From assembly GCA_963825135.1 (NCBI GenBank), contig CAWGRW010000009.1:1760001-1824000 (forward strand): DNA of 64,000 nt. The letters run 5' to 3'. The stretch is from an uncultured bacterium. Lineage in GTDB: Bacteria > Desulfobacterota_D > UBA1144 > Nemesobacterales > UBA2774. Positions 51,990 through 63,147 of the stretch are shown piece by piece; positions within the stretch are counted from its first letter, which is position 1, and the number at the start of each line of letters is the position of its first letter. The notes beneath the pieces are model-generated. The model made no database searches and had not been told where the DNA came from. It worked only from the letters and a program-made list of their open reading frames with translations. The translations under genes were made by a program, and so were the position numbers.

Positions 51990-53462
51990 ATGAAGAAAGA
52001 ATCGGTTCTCGGAGTTCTCAAAGAAAATTATTTAATAATCCTGATTTGTATTCTTGGCGTCATACCAAGGTTTTACGCTCTCGGCAAGGAGAGTATATGG
52101 TATGACGAAGCAGTCTCGATCGTTGCCTCCAAGATGGGATTTGCGGATATCATTGCATGGATATACAAGGATGCCGCGGAGGCAAACCCGCCATTTTATT
52201 ATCTGTTGATGAGTGTATGGATACCCGTTTTCGGTGATACCGAATTCATTACGCGGGTGCCCGCGGCTGTTTTCGGCTCATTTTCTGTCTTCGCTATATA
52301 CGCTGTCGGCAAGCTCCTCTATGATAAAAAGACGGGGCTTATAGCTGCACTCATTCTTGCAGTTTCCGTCTTTCACATCAGATACGCGCAGGAAGTCAGG
52401 GGATATACCCTGATGGTTTTCCTCATACTCGTTTCGTTCTACTCTTTTCTGCAGCTTTCGATTAAAAGGAGAACGTTATATGAAATTACCTATATAGCTT
52501 CGACAGTTCTCCTGGTCTGCACGCATTATTACGGAGTCTTGATTGTCCTGTCTCAAAACATCTTCTGTTTTACTTTGATTCTGAAGAATAAGAGGATCGG
52601 GGAGCTCGGCATCGGCGGGTGGCTAAAACTCCAGTTGATATCCGGCATATTGCTTCTGCCCTGCATATTTCTTCTTGCCGTTACAATATTCAGGATACGG
52701 AAGGGATTCTGGATCGCCGAGCCGACGTCTGAATATATATGGCAATATTTCGAGATCTATTCCGGATCGATCTATCTCTTAATTCTATTTCTGGGATTTT
52801 CGTTGTATGCGGTATACGGCGCTAGAAAAGTTAAAGGCAGAAAACAAAGGAGTAAGTCCGGAACATTCAACGAAGAGCGCCCGGACGCGCCCGGGATATC
52901 GGGAAGGGAGAAAATCTATTTGCTCCTTTTGTGGCTGCTCGTGCCCGTCCTAATTCCGTTTTTGATCTCCTTTGTTTTTACACCGATACTCGTATTCCGC
53001 TATACTATCGGGGCTTCGCTCGCCTTTTATCTGCTGGTGTCCAAAGGGATCGGGAATTTGAATAACAAGTGGCTGATTCTGGCTGCGGCGGGACTCATCG
53101 TCATCTTATCTTGTGTCAAGATAGGCGCCTATTATAAAGTCGTCGGCAAGCATCAGTGGAGAGAGGTGATGAGCTATATAGAATCCAAAGCGCTGCCCGG
53201 TGACGTAATAATTGTTTCGCCCATATATGAGAGGATTACCGCCAGGTACTATAAGAAGAGGAATGATATACAACTACTTCCGCTCGAGAAGAAATTCCCT
53301 GTATTCAAGGATTTGGGGAATGGAAACATTTGGTTTGTTTTTCACGCCCATCCTGATAGCCGGGCCAATTCCAGGGCGGGGCTCGGCGGAAGGTATGACA
53401 TTACCGAGAAGCACTATTACAAGCTCGATTTGTTCCAGCTAAGGGAAAAACGAACGAATTAA
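51990..53462 (+). CDS. GT-C glycosyltransferase (GT39/PMT_2-like), paralog 3
   Basis: ESIWYDE, NPPFYY, TEFITRVP, AQEVRGY, THYYG. Confidence 0.85.
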   Translation: MKKESVLGVLKENYLIILICILGVIPRFYALGKESIWYDEAVSIVASKMGFADIIAWIYKDAAEANPPFYYLLMSVWIPVFGDTEFITRVPAAVFGSFSVFAIYAVGKLLYDKKTGLIAALILAVSVFHIRYAQEVRGYTLMVFLILVSFYSFLQLSIKRRTLYEITYIASTVLLVCTHYYGVLIVLSQNIFCFTLILKNKRIGELGIGGWLKLQLISGILLLPCIFLLAVTIFRIRKGFWIAEPTSEYIWQYFEIYSGSIYLLILFLGFSLYAVYGARKVKGRKQRSKSGTFNEERPDAPGISGREKIYLLLLWLLVPVLIPFLISFVFTPILVFRYTIGASLAFYLLVSKGIGNLNNKWLILAAAGLIVILSCVKIGAYYKVVGKHQWREVMSYIESKALPGDVIIVSPIYERITARYYKKRNDIQLLPLEKKFPVFKDLGNGNIWFVFHAHPDSRANSRAGLGGRYDITEKHYYKLDLFQLREKRTN

Positions 53463-53498
53463 CGAGAAGCTGTCTGGTTTCTTGTCGGTTGGTGTTTC

Positions 53499-54290
53499 TT
53501 ATCTCCCCTTAAACACAGGCTTCCTCTTCTCGGCAAACGATCTCTGCCCCTCCTTGTAGTCCTCGCTTTCCTGTACGGTCAGGGTCAGATTCCTTAAAAG
53601 CTCTTCGTCGTCTCCGCTGATTACCTGATTCCTCTGCCATATGTTTACCATCTCCTTGAGCGCTTTAAGGGAGAGGGGGGCGTTCTCGGTTATTTCTCCT
53701 GTTATTTCGCTCGTGAATTTTTCGAGCTCGGAACCGGGCACCGTGAAGTTGACCAGTCCGATTCTCTCCGCCCTCTCGGAATCGATCGGCCTTCCTGTCA
53801 GGAAGAGTTCCTTAGTGTATCCCGGTCCGATGAGGTTGAGGAACCTCCGTACGCCCCTGTAAGAGTATATGACTCCGAGCTTGGCAGGAGGCATGCCGAA
53901 CATACACCCCCTGACGGCGATCCGTATGTCGCATGTGGCGGCGATCTCGAGGCCGGCCCCGAAAGCGTGGCCGTTCATCATTGCCACTACCGGATATGGG
54001 AAATTCTCTATTGCTTTGACCGCTTTAGGGAGGGGATTATCTCCTGCATGGTTCTTCACCATGTCATCTTTGCCGATCGAGCTTATGTCGTAACCTGAGG
54101 AAAAAGCCTTGTCCCCGGCCCCCCTGATGACGACGCACCGGGTTCTGTCCTCATCCTTTAATCTCTCAAGCTCCGATTTCAGGCCCAGGAGCATAGCGGG
54201 AGTAAGGAGGTTCCTTTTTTCCGGCCTGTTGAAAGCAATACTGCAGACCACGCCCCTTTCCTCTACAATAAGCTCATTTCTATCAGGCAA
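53499..54290 (-). CDS. Enoyl-CoA hydratase/isomerase family protein
   Basis: NRPEKRN, AFSSGYDI, NGHAFGAG, AERIGLVN, F.EKRKP.FKGR; TTG start with GGAGG. Confidence 0.92.
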   Translation of the reverse strand: MPDRNELIVEERGVVCSIAFNRPEKRNLLTPAMLLGLKSELERLKDEDRTRCVVIRGAGDKAFSSGYDISSIGKDDMVKNHAGDNPLPKAVKAIENFPYPVVAMMNGHAFGAGLEIAATCDIRIAVRGCMFGMPPAKLGVIYSYRGVRRFLNLIGPGYTKELFLTGRPIDSERAERIGLVNFTVPGSELEKFTSEITGEITENAPLSLKALKEMVNIWQRNQVISGDDEELLRNLTLTVQESEDYKEGQRSFAEKRKPVFKGR

Positions 54291-54442
54291 GGGAGCCTCC
54301 GTGCTCGGCAGCCATGGTTAACATCTTAGTATCGACACTGGGGATGCTTTGTCAAATTGCGGGCCGGGTGTCAAGAAGGGGCTGGAGCAATTTGCAAATT
54401 TTGGTTACTATTAGTAACTTATTAGAAACAGGGAGTGATAAA

Positions 54443-54946
54443 ATGCCATTATTCGAATATGAGTGTGATAAGTGTATGGATCAATATAATAGGGATATAG
54501 ACGCACTGGTTGCCAAACTCAATAAAGCCAATGCGGCAAAGATTAAAAAGGAAAATCCAGGTTTCCTATATATTGAGGTCAAGGACGGCGACAATGACCA
54601 GTTGCTCTTCGCTCTCGGTGACAGGAGCAATAGCAGGAGCGTAAGAAGGTTTCGCTACAAGCTGGATAAGAATAAAATGCTCTACCTCGAGCTCAAAAAT
54701 TTCAGGTTTAGCTCTCTCGTGTATGAAAAAGAAGAGGAAAAGGATCTGACCTGCCCTCTCTGCGGGTCAAAGGGATCCCGCAGGGTGTTCTCGACTTTCA
54801 AGGCTATATTCGAGGATAAGAGCAAGAGAGCGCCTCGGCGCGGAGATGAGCTCAGGTGGCATCTCGAATATAAAGAGCAGAAAGACGAGGAAATGAGGAA
54901 CGACTGGGTAGGGCAGGAGCACTTGAATCAGTATTTCAACAGATAA
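54443..54946 (+). CDS. FmdB-like zinc-ribbon protein with large insertion, paralog 1
   Basis: MPLFEYECDKC ... CPLCGS...RVFSTF; GGGAG RBS. Confidence 0.75.
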   Translation: MPLFEYECDKCMDQYNRDIDALVAKLNKANAAKIKKENPGFLYIEVKDGDNDQLLFALGDRSNSRSVRRFRYKLDKNKMLYLELKNFRFSSLVYEKEEEKDLTCPLCGSKGSRRVFSTFKAIFEDKSKRAPRRGDELRWHLEYKEQKDEEMRNDWVGQEHLNQYFNR

Positions 54947-54967
54947 TATACCGGGAGAGTGAATTAG

Positions 54968-55453
54968 ATGCCGCTTTATGAGTATGAATGCATTCCGTGC
55001 AGGAAGAACGTGGAAGACTCCTTAAAGGCTCTTAATAACGGAGTCACCAAAAAGATGGTATCGGAGCTGGTAAAGAAGCATGACAATATCAACCATATCG
55101 GGGTCCTCGATCTGGAAAAGGAAGAGGTTTTGGCCGAGCATGGAAAGCGCGACAGGGACGCTTCGGATTTGAATTTTTATCTCAATGACGGCACTACGCT
55201 GGTAATTTTCAATCTAAAAAAGAATTACCGTTTTTCCGAGCTCATATACGAGCCCGGGGACGAGAAAAAGCTCAAGTGCCTGCTTTGCGGAACGAAGAAA
55301 GTCGAGAAAGTGGTATCGAGCTTCGCCTTTACAAGCGATCTTTCAACTGATATGCCCAAACCCGACCTTGGCAACCTGCCCCCGTCCGTCAGGAACAGGA
55401 CATTCCTGGGCGAGTACATAGAAGAAAAAGACAGGCCTAAGAAAAATCGATGA
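54968..55453 (+). CDS. FmdB-like zinc-ribbon protein with large insertion, paralog 2
   Basis: MPLYEYECIPC ... CLLCGT...KVVSSF; GGGAG RBS. Confidence 0.75.
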   Translation: MPLYEYECIPCRKNVEDSLKALNNGVTKKMVSELVKKHDNINHIGVLDLEKEEVLAEHGKRDRDASDLNFYLNDGTTLVIFNLKKNYRFSELIYEPGDEKKLKCLLCGTKKVEKVVSSFAFTSDLSTDMPKPDLGNLPPSVRNRTFLGEYIEEKDRPKKNR

Positions 55454-55738
55454 TTGCTGTTACTGGCGGATAGTTTGACGGAGCGTTGTTGGAGGTGCGC
55501 ACGGTCGTGTTCAGCCCGGTCGCATCCCGGCTCATTGCATAACCTCTTGGTATTATTTAATATATTATTTTTTATCGTTTGGTCGATTAGTATGTGCAGC
55601 TAAGTATGTAGATGAGTCTTGTGTGTGTTATACTCCGCAGGGGTAAATTAATTATAGCGCGTTGAAATGCGGTTATAATTATCGAAGGAATAAATTCGTA
55701 GTGACAAAACATAAAATATTCGAGGATCGGAGGCTCCT

Positions 55739-57469
55739 ATGAATGTTCTGAAACGACAAATTGTCTGGGATGCTTTATCCCGTAAATACCGCAGTCTGTT
55801 TTATTCATTTTTGCTTTTGTCCTGTTTCGTCGTATCGGGATGCGATGACAATGGCAACGTCCTCTCCACCGACCCTGACGACAACGATCCGCCCGGGGTC
55901 GTAACGGGACCGACGGTGGCACTTTCTCAGAACGCTCCTTTGGCGGCGCTCCTCAGATTGACAACAGACGAGCCGGCCGAAGTTACGGTCGACGTCACGA
56001 GCAACTCCGCTGAGGCCAGCTCTGTAACCGACACGTCTCGCGACTTTTCTGTTCATAGCGACGGTTTCACGACCGAGCACGCGATAACGCTGCTGGGGTT
56101 TCATCCCGCGGCATCCTATGACATTCGCGTCACATTGACGGACGAAGAGGGTAACGACACCGTCCTGGACGACGCCCTCGGTGTTACTACGGCGCCGTTG
56201 CCCGTCGGCTTTCCTCCTATTCACGTGGAGAGCACGCCTGAGCTCATGGAGCCGGGGGTCACTCTTTTCCCCGTAAGAGCCTCAGGCGCTAACCTCGCCT
56301 TCGGCAGTGTATTCGTGGCTGTGGACGAGTCGGGAGAAGTTGTGTGGTACAGGAGATTCGACAACATAGGGTACGGCGACATAAGACGCATATCGAACGG
56401 GGACCTGCTGTTCATACGCGACGACGCCACAATTACGGAGATCAACATGCTCGGGGATATAGTGAGGGAGTGGCACACTACCAAGAAGCAAGATCCCGCG
56501 CCCGGCAGCATTCCCGTCAACATTCCCGTTTTTCACCACGAAGTCTTCGAGATGGATAACGGTGATTTCCTCGTTTTGAGCATTGATCTGCGGGAATTTG
56601 AAAATTATCCGACGAGCGATTCTGACCCCGCGGCACCCTTGGGGACGGCCGTCCTGGCCGGCGATATGGTCGTCGAATTCTCCCCCGCGGACGGAGCGGT
56701 CGTGAACGAGTGGCGGCTTCTCGACCTGCTCGACCCTTACAGGATAGGCTATGATTCTCTCGGCGGCTTCTGGAACACCGTATTCTCCGAAATTGAAGGA
56801 GGTGTCAAGGATTGGGGTCACGCGAACGCCGTGATACAGGACCCATCGGATGACTCTATTATTGTTTCGCTTCGCCACCAGGATGCTGTCGTAAAGTTCA
56901 GCAGACAGACCGGTCAGCTTATCTGGATATTGGGGACACACAATAACTGGGACCCGGTTCGGTTCGGGAGTTTTTTGCTCGACCCTGTCGGAGATCCGTT
57001 CCTCTTTCAATACCATCAGCACGCCCCGGAAGTTACAGAGGCAGGAACTATATTACTCTATGACAACGGTAACTATAAAGCAACCCCGTTCGATGTGAAA
57101 TTGCCGGCGACCGAGAACTTCAGCCGCGCCGCCGAATTTTCCATAAACGAAGATACCAAACAAGTTACCCAGGTATGGGAGTTCGGCGAGTTTGACGATC
57201 CCGTGCGTTACGCCCCGTTCATCGGAGATGCCGATATGCAGCCTCTTACCGGGAACGTGCTCATAACACACGGCGGGGTTACAACGGACGCAGAAGGTTT
57301 ACCCACGGATAATATTTTTGCGGCAAAGACCTCGGTTTATTTAATTGAAGTCACGCATACGACGCCGGGTGAAAAGGTGTTCGAGCTTTCGATAGTCGAT
57401 CCGACGCCTGAAACGGCAAACGGGTGGACTACTTACCGGGCCGAAAGATTGCCGAGCCTTTACCCCTAA
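55739..57469 (+). CDS. Aryl-sulfate sulfotransferase (ASST family) lipoprotein
   Basis: Lipobox VSGC, N-terminal APLAAL Ig-like region, FHHE, DWGHANAV, QHAP, YDNG, terminal YRAER. Confidence 0.85.
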   Translation: MNVLKRQIVWDALSRKYRSLFYSFLLLSCFVVSGCDDNGNVLSTDPDDNDPPGVVTGPTVALSQNAPLAALLRLTTDEPAEVTVDVTSNSAEASSVTDTSRDFSVHSDGFTTEHAITLLGFHPAASYDIRVTLTDEEGNDTVLDDALGVTTAPLPVGFPPIHVESTPELMEPGVTLFPVRASGANLAFGSVFVAVDESGEVVWYRRFDNIGYGDIRRISNGDLLFIRDDATITEINMLGDIVREWHTTKKQDPAPGSIPVNIPVFHHEVFEMDNGDFLVLSIDLREFENYPTSDSDPAAPLGTAVLAGDMVVEFSPADGAVVNEWRLLDLLDPYRIGYDSLGGFWNTVFSEIEGGVKDWGHANAVIQDPSDDSIIVSLRHQDAVVKFSRQTGQLIWILGTHNNWDPVRFGSFLLDPVGDPFLFQYHQHAPEVTEAGTILLYDNGNYKATPFDVKLPATENFSRAAEFSINEDTKQVTQVWEFGEFDDPVRYAPFIGDADMQPLTGNVLITHGGVTTDAEGLPTDNIFAAKTSVYLIEVTHTTPGEKVFELSIVDPTPETANGWTTYRAERLPSLYP

Positions 57470-57484
57470 ATGCGGGGCGGAGTA

Positions 57485-58153
57485 TTAACCCTTGTTTCGG
57501 TATGACTCCTTGGGTTTCCCGAACCTCTTGCCGAGTTCGCGGTAAATGTCCTCCGGGGTTATACCGAAATAAGAAAGCGCTATGAGCGAGTGGAACCAGA
57601 GGTCCGCCGTTTCGTATACTATTTCGTCCCTATCACCGTTCTTGGCCCCGATTATGGTTTCTCCCGCTTCCTCGCCCACCTTTTTCAGTATTTTATCGAG
57701 TCCTTTCTCGAAAAGTCCGCTGACGTAGGAACCTTCGCGCGGATTCCTCTTCCTGTCTTCGATTACACCGAACACCTCATCCAGCGTTCTATCCGTTCTT
57801 TCAGAGCCGAACGAAGGCGAGCTCTTTTCACTTCCGTCGGCCGAGCTGAAGAAGAAGCAGCTTCTTCTGCCCGTGTGGCAGGCGACCCCGGTCTGATGTA
57901 CGAGCATGAGTACCGTGTCGGCGTCACAGTCAAAGTACATGTCTTTCACTTCCTGCACGTTCCCCGACTCCTCGCCCTTCATCCAGAGTTTCCGCCTGGA
58001 CCTGCTCCAGAAATGGGTCTTTTTCGATTCGATAGTCATTTTCAGGGACTCTCTATTGGCATACGCAAACATGAGCACCTGACCGTTCTCTGCGTCCTGA
58101 ACGATTACTGGCACTAGCCCGTTCTCATCATATTTTATATCGTCCAAATCCAT
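57485..58153 (-). CDS. hisIE: Bifunctional phosphoribosyl-AMP cyclohydrolase/phosphoribosyl-ATP pyrophosphatase
   Basis: SRSR..LW.KGE.SG, DCDAD, ACHTG..SCF, KKVGEEA.E, E.ADLWFH. Confidence 0.97.
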   Translation of the reverse strand: MDLDDIKYDENGLVPVIVQDAENGQVLMFAYANRESLKMTIESKKTHFWSRSRRKLWMKGEESGNVQEVKDMYFDCDADTVLMLVHQTGVACHTGRRSCFFFSSADGSEKSSPSFGSERTDRTLDEVFGVIEDRKRNPREGSYVSGLFEKGLDKILKKVGEEAGETIIGAKNGDRDEIVYETADLWFHSLIALSYFGITPEDIYRELGKRFGKPKESYRNKG

Positions 58154-58295
58154 ATTTTTGCCTCCAAACCCTTAATTTTAACCAATTAACGCCTGAATTC
58201 CGAGGGGCCTCCGGCCGCGCGGCTTTACATCCTTATTTTATTTGCATATAGTTATATATTCAATTTGGAGCTTTTTTCCTGAGGGGGTAATTTTA

Positions 58296-58505
58296 ATGGC
58301 GAGAGTAACTATTGAAGACTGTCTTGAAAAGGTCGTAAACAGGTTCGCATTATCCGTCGCGGCCATGAAAAGGGCCAGACTGCTTGTCAAAGGTGCGATA
58401 CCCCTGTCGGAAGAAACAGGAAACAAGTTTGTCGTAACCGCTCTCCGGGAAATTGCCGAAGAAAAAGTAAAGGTCATATACCCCGTCGGTCAGGACGAAT
58501 ACTAG
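58296..58505 (+). CDS. rpoZ: RNA polymerase omega subunit
   Basis: [15 protein letters not shown]...A.KRAR, ALREIA. Confidence 0.95.
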   Translation: MARVTIEDCLEKVVNRFALSVAAMKRARLLVKGAIPLSEETGNKFVVTALREIAEEKVKVIYPVGQDEY

Positions 58506-58693
58506 AGTCTGTGCTTATGACATATGCCTGATTGAACTCTACGTCTGCGCGCGTCTATACCCTCTATCATCTTCGTTTCGAGTCTAACTGATCGGATGTT
58601 GCCGTCTCCCTAAGCATAGGATATGTTTTGAACCGCATCCTTATTGAATCATAATCTGGTAATTCCTTTACCCTCAAGGGGGACATGATTTGA

Positions 58694-60654
58694 ATGATCA
58701 GGATAGGAATCGATACCGGCGGAACATTTACGGATTTCGTATTCTTCGACGGTAAAGAAATTCATACATACAAGGTTCCCTCTACCCCCGAAGATCCTTC
58801 GGTTGCAATAGTCTCAGGGTTGGTCCACAAGCTCGGCGCTGACCTCGATGGCGTCGAGATCGTTCACGGGACCACGGTCGCCACGAACACCCTCCTCGAG
58901 CGTAAAGGAGCCCGCATAGCCTTGATAACGACCGCGGGGTTTGAGGACGTCATAGAGATAGGCAGGCAGAACAGGGGGGAACTCTATAATCTGTTTTGGG
59001 ATTCGCCCGGGCCTCTCGTGGAGAGGGGACTCAGGTTGGGGGTGACCGAGCGCACCTTGTTCACAGGCGAAATACTGAAAAAGATCAAGAGGGCTGATCT
59101 CGAACGATTACTGGCGAAGCTTAGGAGAATTAAACCCGAGGGTATCGCCGTCTCATTTCTTCATTCCTATAAGAACCCGGAGAACGAAAATAAGGCGGCG
59201 AATTACCTGAGCGTTCTCGGAATCCCGATCTCCGTATCGTCCGTAATCCTCCCCGAGTTCAGGGAATACGAAAGAACCTCCACCGTAGTCGCGAACGCGT
59301 ATCTGCTTCCAAAAGTAAAATCCTATATGAGGGCACTATCGAAAGGCATCTCGACCAGGGGGGCGCCGAGGACTGTATATACGTTATGCAATCAAGCGGA
59401 GGAATCATTTCCCCTGAGCAGGCCGGGGAGGAGCCGGTAAGGGTTCTTCTGTCCGGGCCGGCCGGTGGCGTGGTGGGAGCTTTCAATATATCCCGGCTGA
59501 TGGGTTACAGGAAGGTCATTACGTACGACATGGGCGGTACATCGACGGATGTCGCGTTATGTGAGGGAGGCCCGAAATTCAGCACCGAAACGAGCATAGA
59601 CGGGATCCCGGTGAGAATGCCCATGATAGATGTGATGACCATCGGTGCGGGCGGAGGGTCCATAGCCCATATCGATACGGGCGGCGCGTTGAAGGTGGGT
59701 CCCCGCAGCTCAGGCGCCGACCCCGGACCAGCGTGTTACGGCAAGGGCGTAGAGCCCGCCGTAACCGATGCAAACCTTGTTCTTGGCAGAATTGATCCCG
59801 CCCGCTTTCTTGGCGGAAGGATGAAGCTCCGTTCCGAAAGGTCGGGGGCCGCACTCGGGGGCCTCGCTAAGAAGATGCAGCTCTCCGTCCCGGATCTCGC
59901 GGAAGGGATAATCAGCGTCGCGAACGCCAATATGGAACGTGCTCTCCGCGTTATTTCCATGGGTAAGGGATACGACCCGAGGGATTTTGCACTTGTCTCT
60001 TTCGGAGGCGCGGGCGGGCTCCACGCATGCGAGCTTGCACGCGGAATGGAGATGAAAACAGTTATTTTCCCGAGAGACCCCGGTGTCCTTTCGGCCCTGG
60101 GGATGCTAATGGCGGATACGTTTAAGGATTACGGACTGACGGTATTCCTGAGCGGGAAAGAAATGAAGACTCCCGGGATTGAGGAGGGGTTCAGGCTGTT
60201 GGAGGAGAGGTCCAATGCCGATTTTCGCGGCTCAGAAATTAAATTCGAGAGATTCCTGGACGCGCGTTACAGGAGACAGGCGCATGAGATCACTATTCCC
60301 TACAAAAAGGAATTCATAAAAGAATTCCACCGCACTCATAAAAAAATGTACGGATACATGAAGCCTGAGGGAGAGGTGGAAGTCGTAACCTTGAGATTAA
60401 GGACCATAGCGAAAAGAAGAAATCTCAAACTCCCCCTGCTGGAAAAAAAGAAATCTTCTGTTCGGTCAGCCAGGCAAAATGTAATATTGCGGGGAAAGGA
60501 GGTAGGCGTAAACGCCTTCGAGAGAGAAAGCTTCAATCCGGGTTTCAAATTCTCGGGGCCCGCGCTCGTGTTCGAGGACACCTCCACGCTCTTTATTACG
60601 CCCGGATACAGGTGCGAAGTGGACGGCTGGGGGAACATAGTTGCACGATACTGA
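58694..60654 (+). pseudogene. Hydantoinase A/oxoprolinase family protein, frameshifted at the G6 run 59358-59363
   Basis: IDTGGTFTD, HGTTVATN, REYERTST in frame 1; YVMQSSGG, SGPAGG, DMGGTSTD, GADPGPACY in frame 2. Confidence 0.85.
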
Positions 60655-60796
60655 ATCGCGAATATCCGGCGGATCGCAATTCCCGGCGCCCGGGCAATAA
60701 ATAGGGAGCGCGTGCGAAAACCCGGCACGGCATTGATTTTTACTATTGATATGTAAGTATAGAGAGTTCATAACAAAAAGGAGCGTTCTTACTAAC

Positions 60797-62113
60797 ATGA
60801 AAAATTCCGGAAACTTTATACTCGGGGGCGGGATTACGGGTTTGTCGGCGGGCATGGTATCAGGCCTTCCCGTATATGAATCAGAATCGGTTCCGGGCGG
60901 CATTTGCTCGTCTTATTATCTGACTCCTGGTAGCGGGGACCGCAAGTTCAAATCGCCCGAAGACGGGGAGGCATACCGCTTCGAGATCGGGGGAGGACAC
61001 TGGATATTCGGAGGAGACCCGGCTGTGCTTCATTTTATCAAGTCCCTCGTCCCGGTGAAATCGTATAAGAGGAAGTCGTCGGTTTACTTCAGCAAGCTCG
61101 GGCTTTATGTCCCTTACCCGATACAGAACCACCTGGGCGTTCTCGGCAAGGATATTGCGACAAAAGCGATAAACGAGATAATAAACGCCCCCGAGGGCAC
61201 TCCGGGGACAATGGCCGACTGGCTCGAGATGAGCTTCGGAAAAACCCTCCTCGAGCTTTTTTTCGCCCCTTTTCATGAGCTCTACACGGCCGGGTTGTGG
61301 ACAAGGATCGCCCCTCAGGATTCCTATAAGTCACCAGTGAACCTCTCCGTCGCCCTGCAGGGAGCAATCGATAAAGCGCCTCCCCCGGTCGGGTATAACG
61401 TCACATACGTTTACCCCAGGGAGGGATTGAATACGCTTGCGCAGAGAATGGCGAGAAACTGCGATCTTCGCTACGATAAACGCGTCGCGAGGATAAGCGT
61501 AAAGAAAAAAGAAGTCTTTTTTTCAGACGGCTCGGGCGCGAAATATGAGAATTTGATCTCCACTCTGCCCCTCAACAAGGCCCTCCAGATGGCAGGCCTG
61601 AGGGTTGATGAGAGACCCTCCAGCTATACATCGGTGCTCGTGTTGAATATCGGCGCCACGCGCGGAAAGAAGTGTCCCGAAGATCACTGGCTCTATATAC
61701 CGGACAGCGATTCCCGTTTCCACAGGGTGGGGTTCTACAGCAACGTGGACGTCTCGTTCATGCCGAAATCCTCCCGTAAGGAGAACGAACGCGTGAGTAT
61801 CTACGTTGAAAAGGCTTATCAGAACGGAAAGAAGCCTGCCGACAAGGAGATACAGCGTTATTCGGATTCCGTGGTGAAAGAGCTCAAGTCATGGGGGTTC
61901 ATCTCCAGGGCGGAGACAGTAGACCCGACCTGGATAGACGTCGCGTATACATGGTCGATGCCGGGCTCGAGATGGAAGGAGCGGGCCATAAGCGAGCTCG
62001 AGAAACACGGGATTTACCAGATCGGCCGTTACGGGCGCTGGGTTTTCCAGGGCATAGCCGAATCGATCAAGGACGGTTTCTTCATAGGCGGGGCCCTGGG
62101 TAATAAGCGGTGA
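60797..62113 (+). CDS. FAD-dependent oxidoreductase (protoporphyrinogen oxidase/UDP-galactopyranose mutase-like)
   Basis: ILGGGITGLSA, E....PGG.C.S, GGHWIF, F.RVGFYSN, GRYGRW. Confidence 0.75.
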   Translation: MKNSGNFILGGGITGLSAGMVSGLPVYESESVPGGICSSYYLTPGSGDRKFKSPEDGEAYRFEIGGGHWIFGGDPAVLHFIKSLVPVKSYKRKSSVYFSKLGLYVPYPIQNHLGVLGKDIATKAINEIINAPEGTPGTMADWLEMSFGKTLLELFFAPFHELYTAGLWTRIAPQDSYKSPVNLSVALQGAIDKAPPPVGYNVTYVYPREGLNTLAQRMARNCDLRYDKRVARISVKKKEVFFSDGSGAKYENLISTLPLNKALQMAGLRVDERPSSYTSVLVLNIGATRGKKCPEDHWLYIPDSDSRFHRVGFYSNVDVSFMPKSSRKENERVSIYVEKAYQNGKKPADKEIQRYSDSVVKELKSWGFISRAETVDPTWIDVAYTWSMPGSRWKERAISELEKHGIYQIGRYGRWVFQGIAESIKDGFFIGGALGNKR

Positions 62114-62156
62114 GCGGGATTCTCTTTTGTTAGATAGTCGGTGTTCGTGAGAGAGT

Positions 62157-63101
62157 ATGATTGAAAGAATCAACTCCGGGCTGAAATCAGCCATCAGTCG
62201 AATTCTCATCGTGTCAGGACTGCAAACAAAGCCCGATCCCACACCTCCGGGAGCGCTCCTGGTAGCCGGTAGGAACCTGCCTGTTTATATTGATAAAAAT
62301 CTACATCCGTGTTTTAAGCTCAATCGGGCGCCTGTCCCGCAGCGCGTATTTATTCTCACCGTCCCGAAATCCGGGACCTATCTTGTCGCAAAAGTCCTCG
62401 AGAATTTAGGAATCGTCGATTGCGGCGTGCATATTGCGGTCGACCATATCCAGGATAATAGGTTTGCCGATGAAAAGATCCTTAGACTCGAGGCATGGAG
62501 ATACTTCGTTCCCATACCCTTCAAAGTATCCACCAGGCTGATTAAAAACGGGCAGTTCTCATTCGGTCACATCCCTTATTATCCCGAAGGGGAGCGCCTG
62601 CTTGGGGGCTTTAAAAAAGTCTTCTCATTCAGGGAGTTGCGGGATGTAATTATCTCTCTGGTGAGATATTATGATTCTCGTGAACAAAATTACGCAAAAC
62701 CTGAACGGATAAGGCTCTATAATAATTTTAGAGAAACCCCCATGGGGAACGAGAAATTTAAGGCCTGGTACGCGATGTGGGGAAAAGAATTTGCCGATCT
62801 GATTAGGAACATGTTCCCCTGGAAAGATCGCAGTGATATATTTCAGGTAAAGTTCGAAACCCTCCTGGGCGACGACGGAAGGGAAGCGCAGTTATCGCTG
62901 CTGAGGGATTTGGGCGGATTCCTGGGTCTACATATTACAGACGTCGAGATAGATAAGGCTTTGAATGACTCTCTGGGCGCTGAGACGCTGACCTTCTCCG
63001 GCAAACGCAGCTCATATGCCGAATGGTGGAACGAGGAGCTCGAGGATTTATTCACACAGTACGGATTTAAAGAACTTAACATGCTATACGGTTACGATTA
63101 G
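62157..63101 (+). CDS. Sulfotransferase-domain protein
   Basis: 5'-PSB-like TVPKSGT, 3'-PB-like RELRDVIIS, KFETL. Confidence 0.7.
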   Translation: MIERINSGLKSAISRILIVSGLQTKPDPTPPGALLVAGRNLPVYIDKNLHPCFKLNRAPVPQRVFILTVPKSGTYLVAKVLENLGIVDCGVHIAVDHIQDNRFADEKILRLEAWRYFVPIPFKVSTRLIKNGQFSFGHIPYYPEGERLLGGFKKVFSFRELRDVIISLVRYYDSREQNYAKPERIRLYNNFRETPMGNEKFKAWYAMWGKEFADLIRNMFPWKDRSDIFQVKFETLLGDDGREAQLSLLRDLGGFLGLHITDVEIDKALNDSLGAETLTFSGKRSSYAEWWNEELEDLFTQYGFKELNMLYGYD

Positions 63102-63147
63102 CCCGTCGGCTTGGTCAATACTAATCTTAAGCTTTGTAGAGTGATAC

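Noticed and set aside
58506..58693. Possible ncRNA or riboswitch between rpoZ and the hydantoinase gene (also considered 30260-30500 and 47760-47930)
   Set aside because: Only weak hairpins and no Rfam family I can recognise; an Infernal cmscan would be needed
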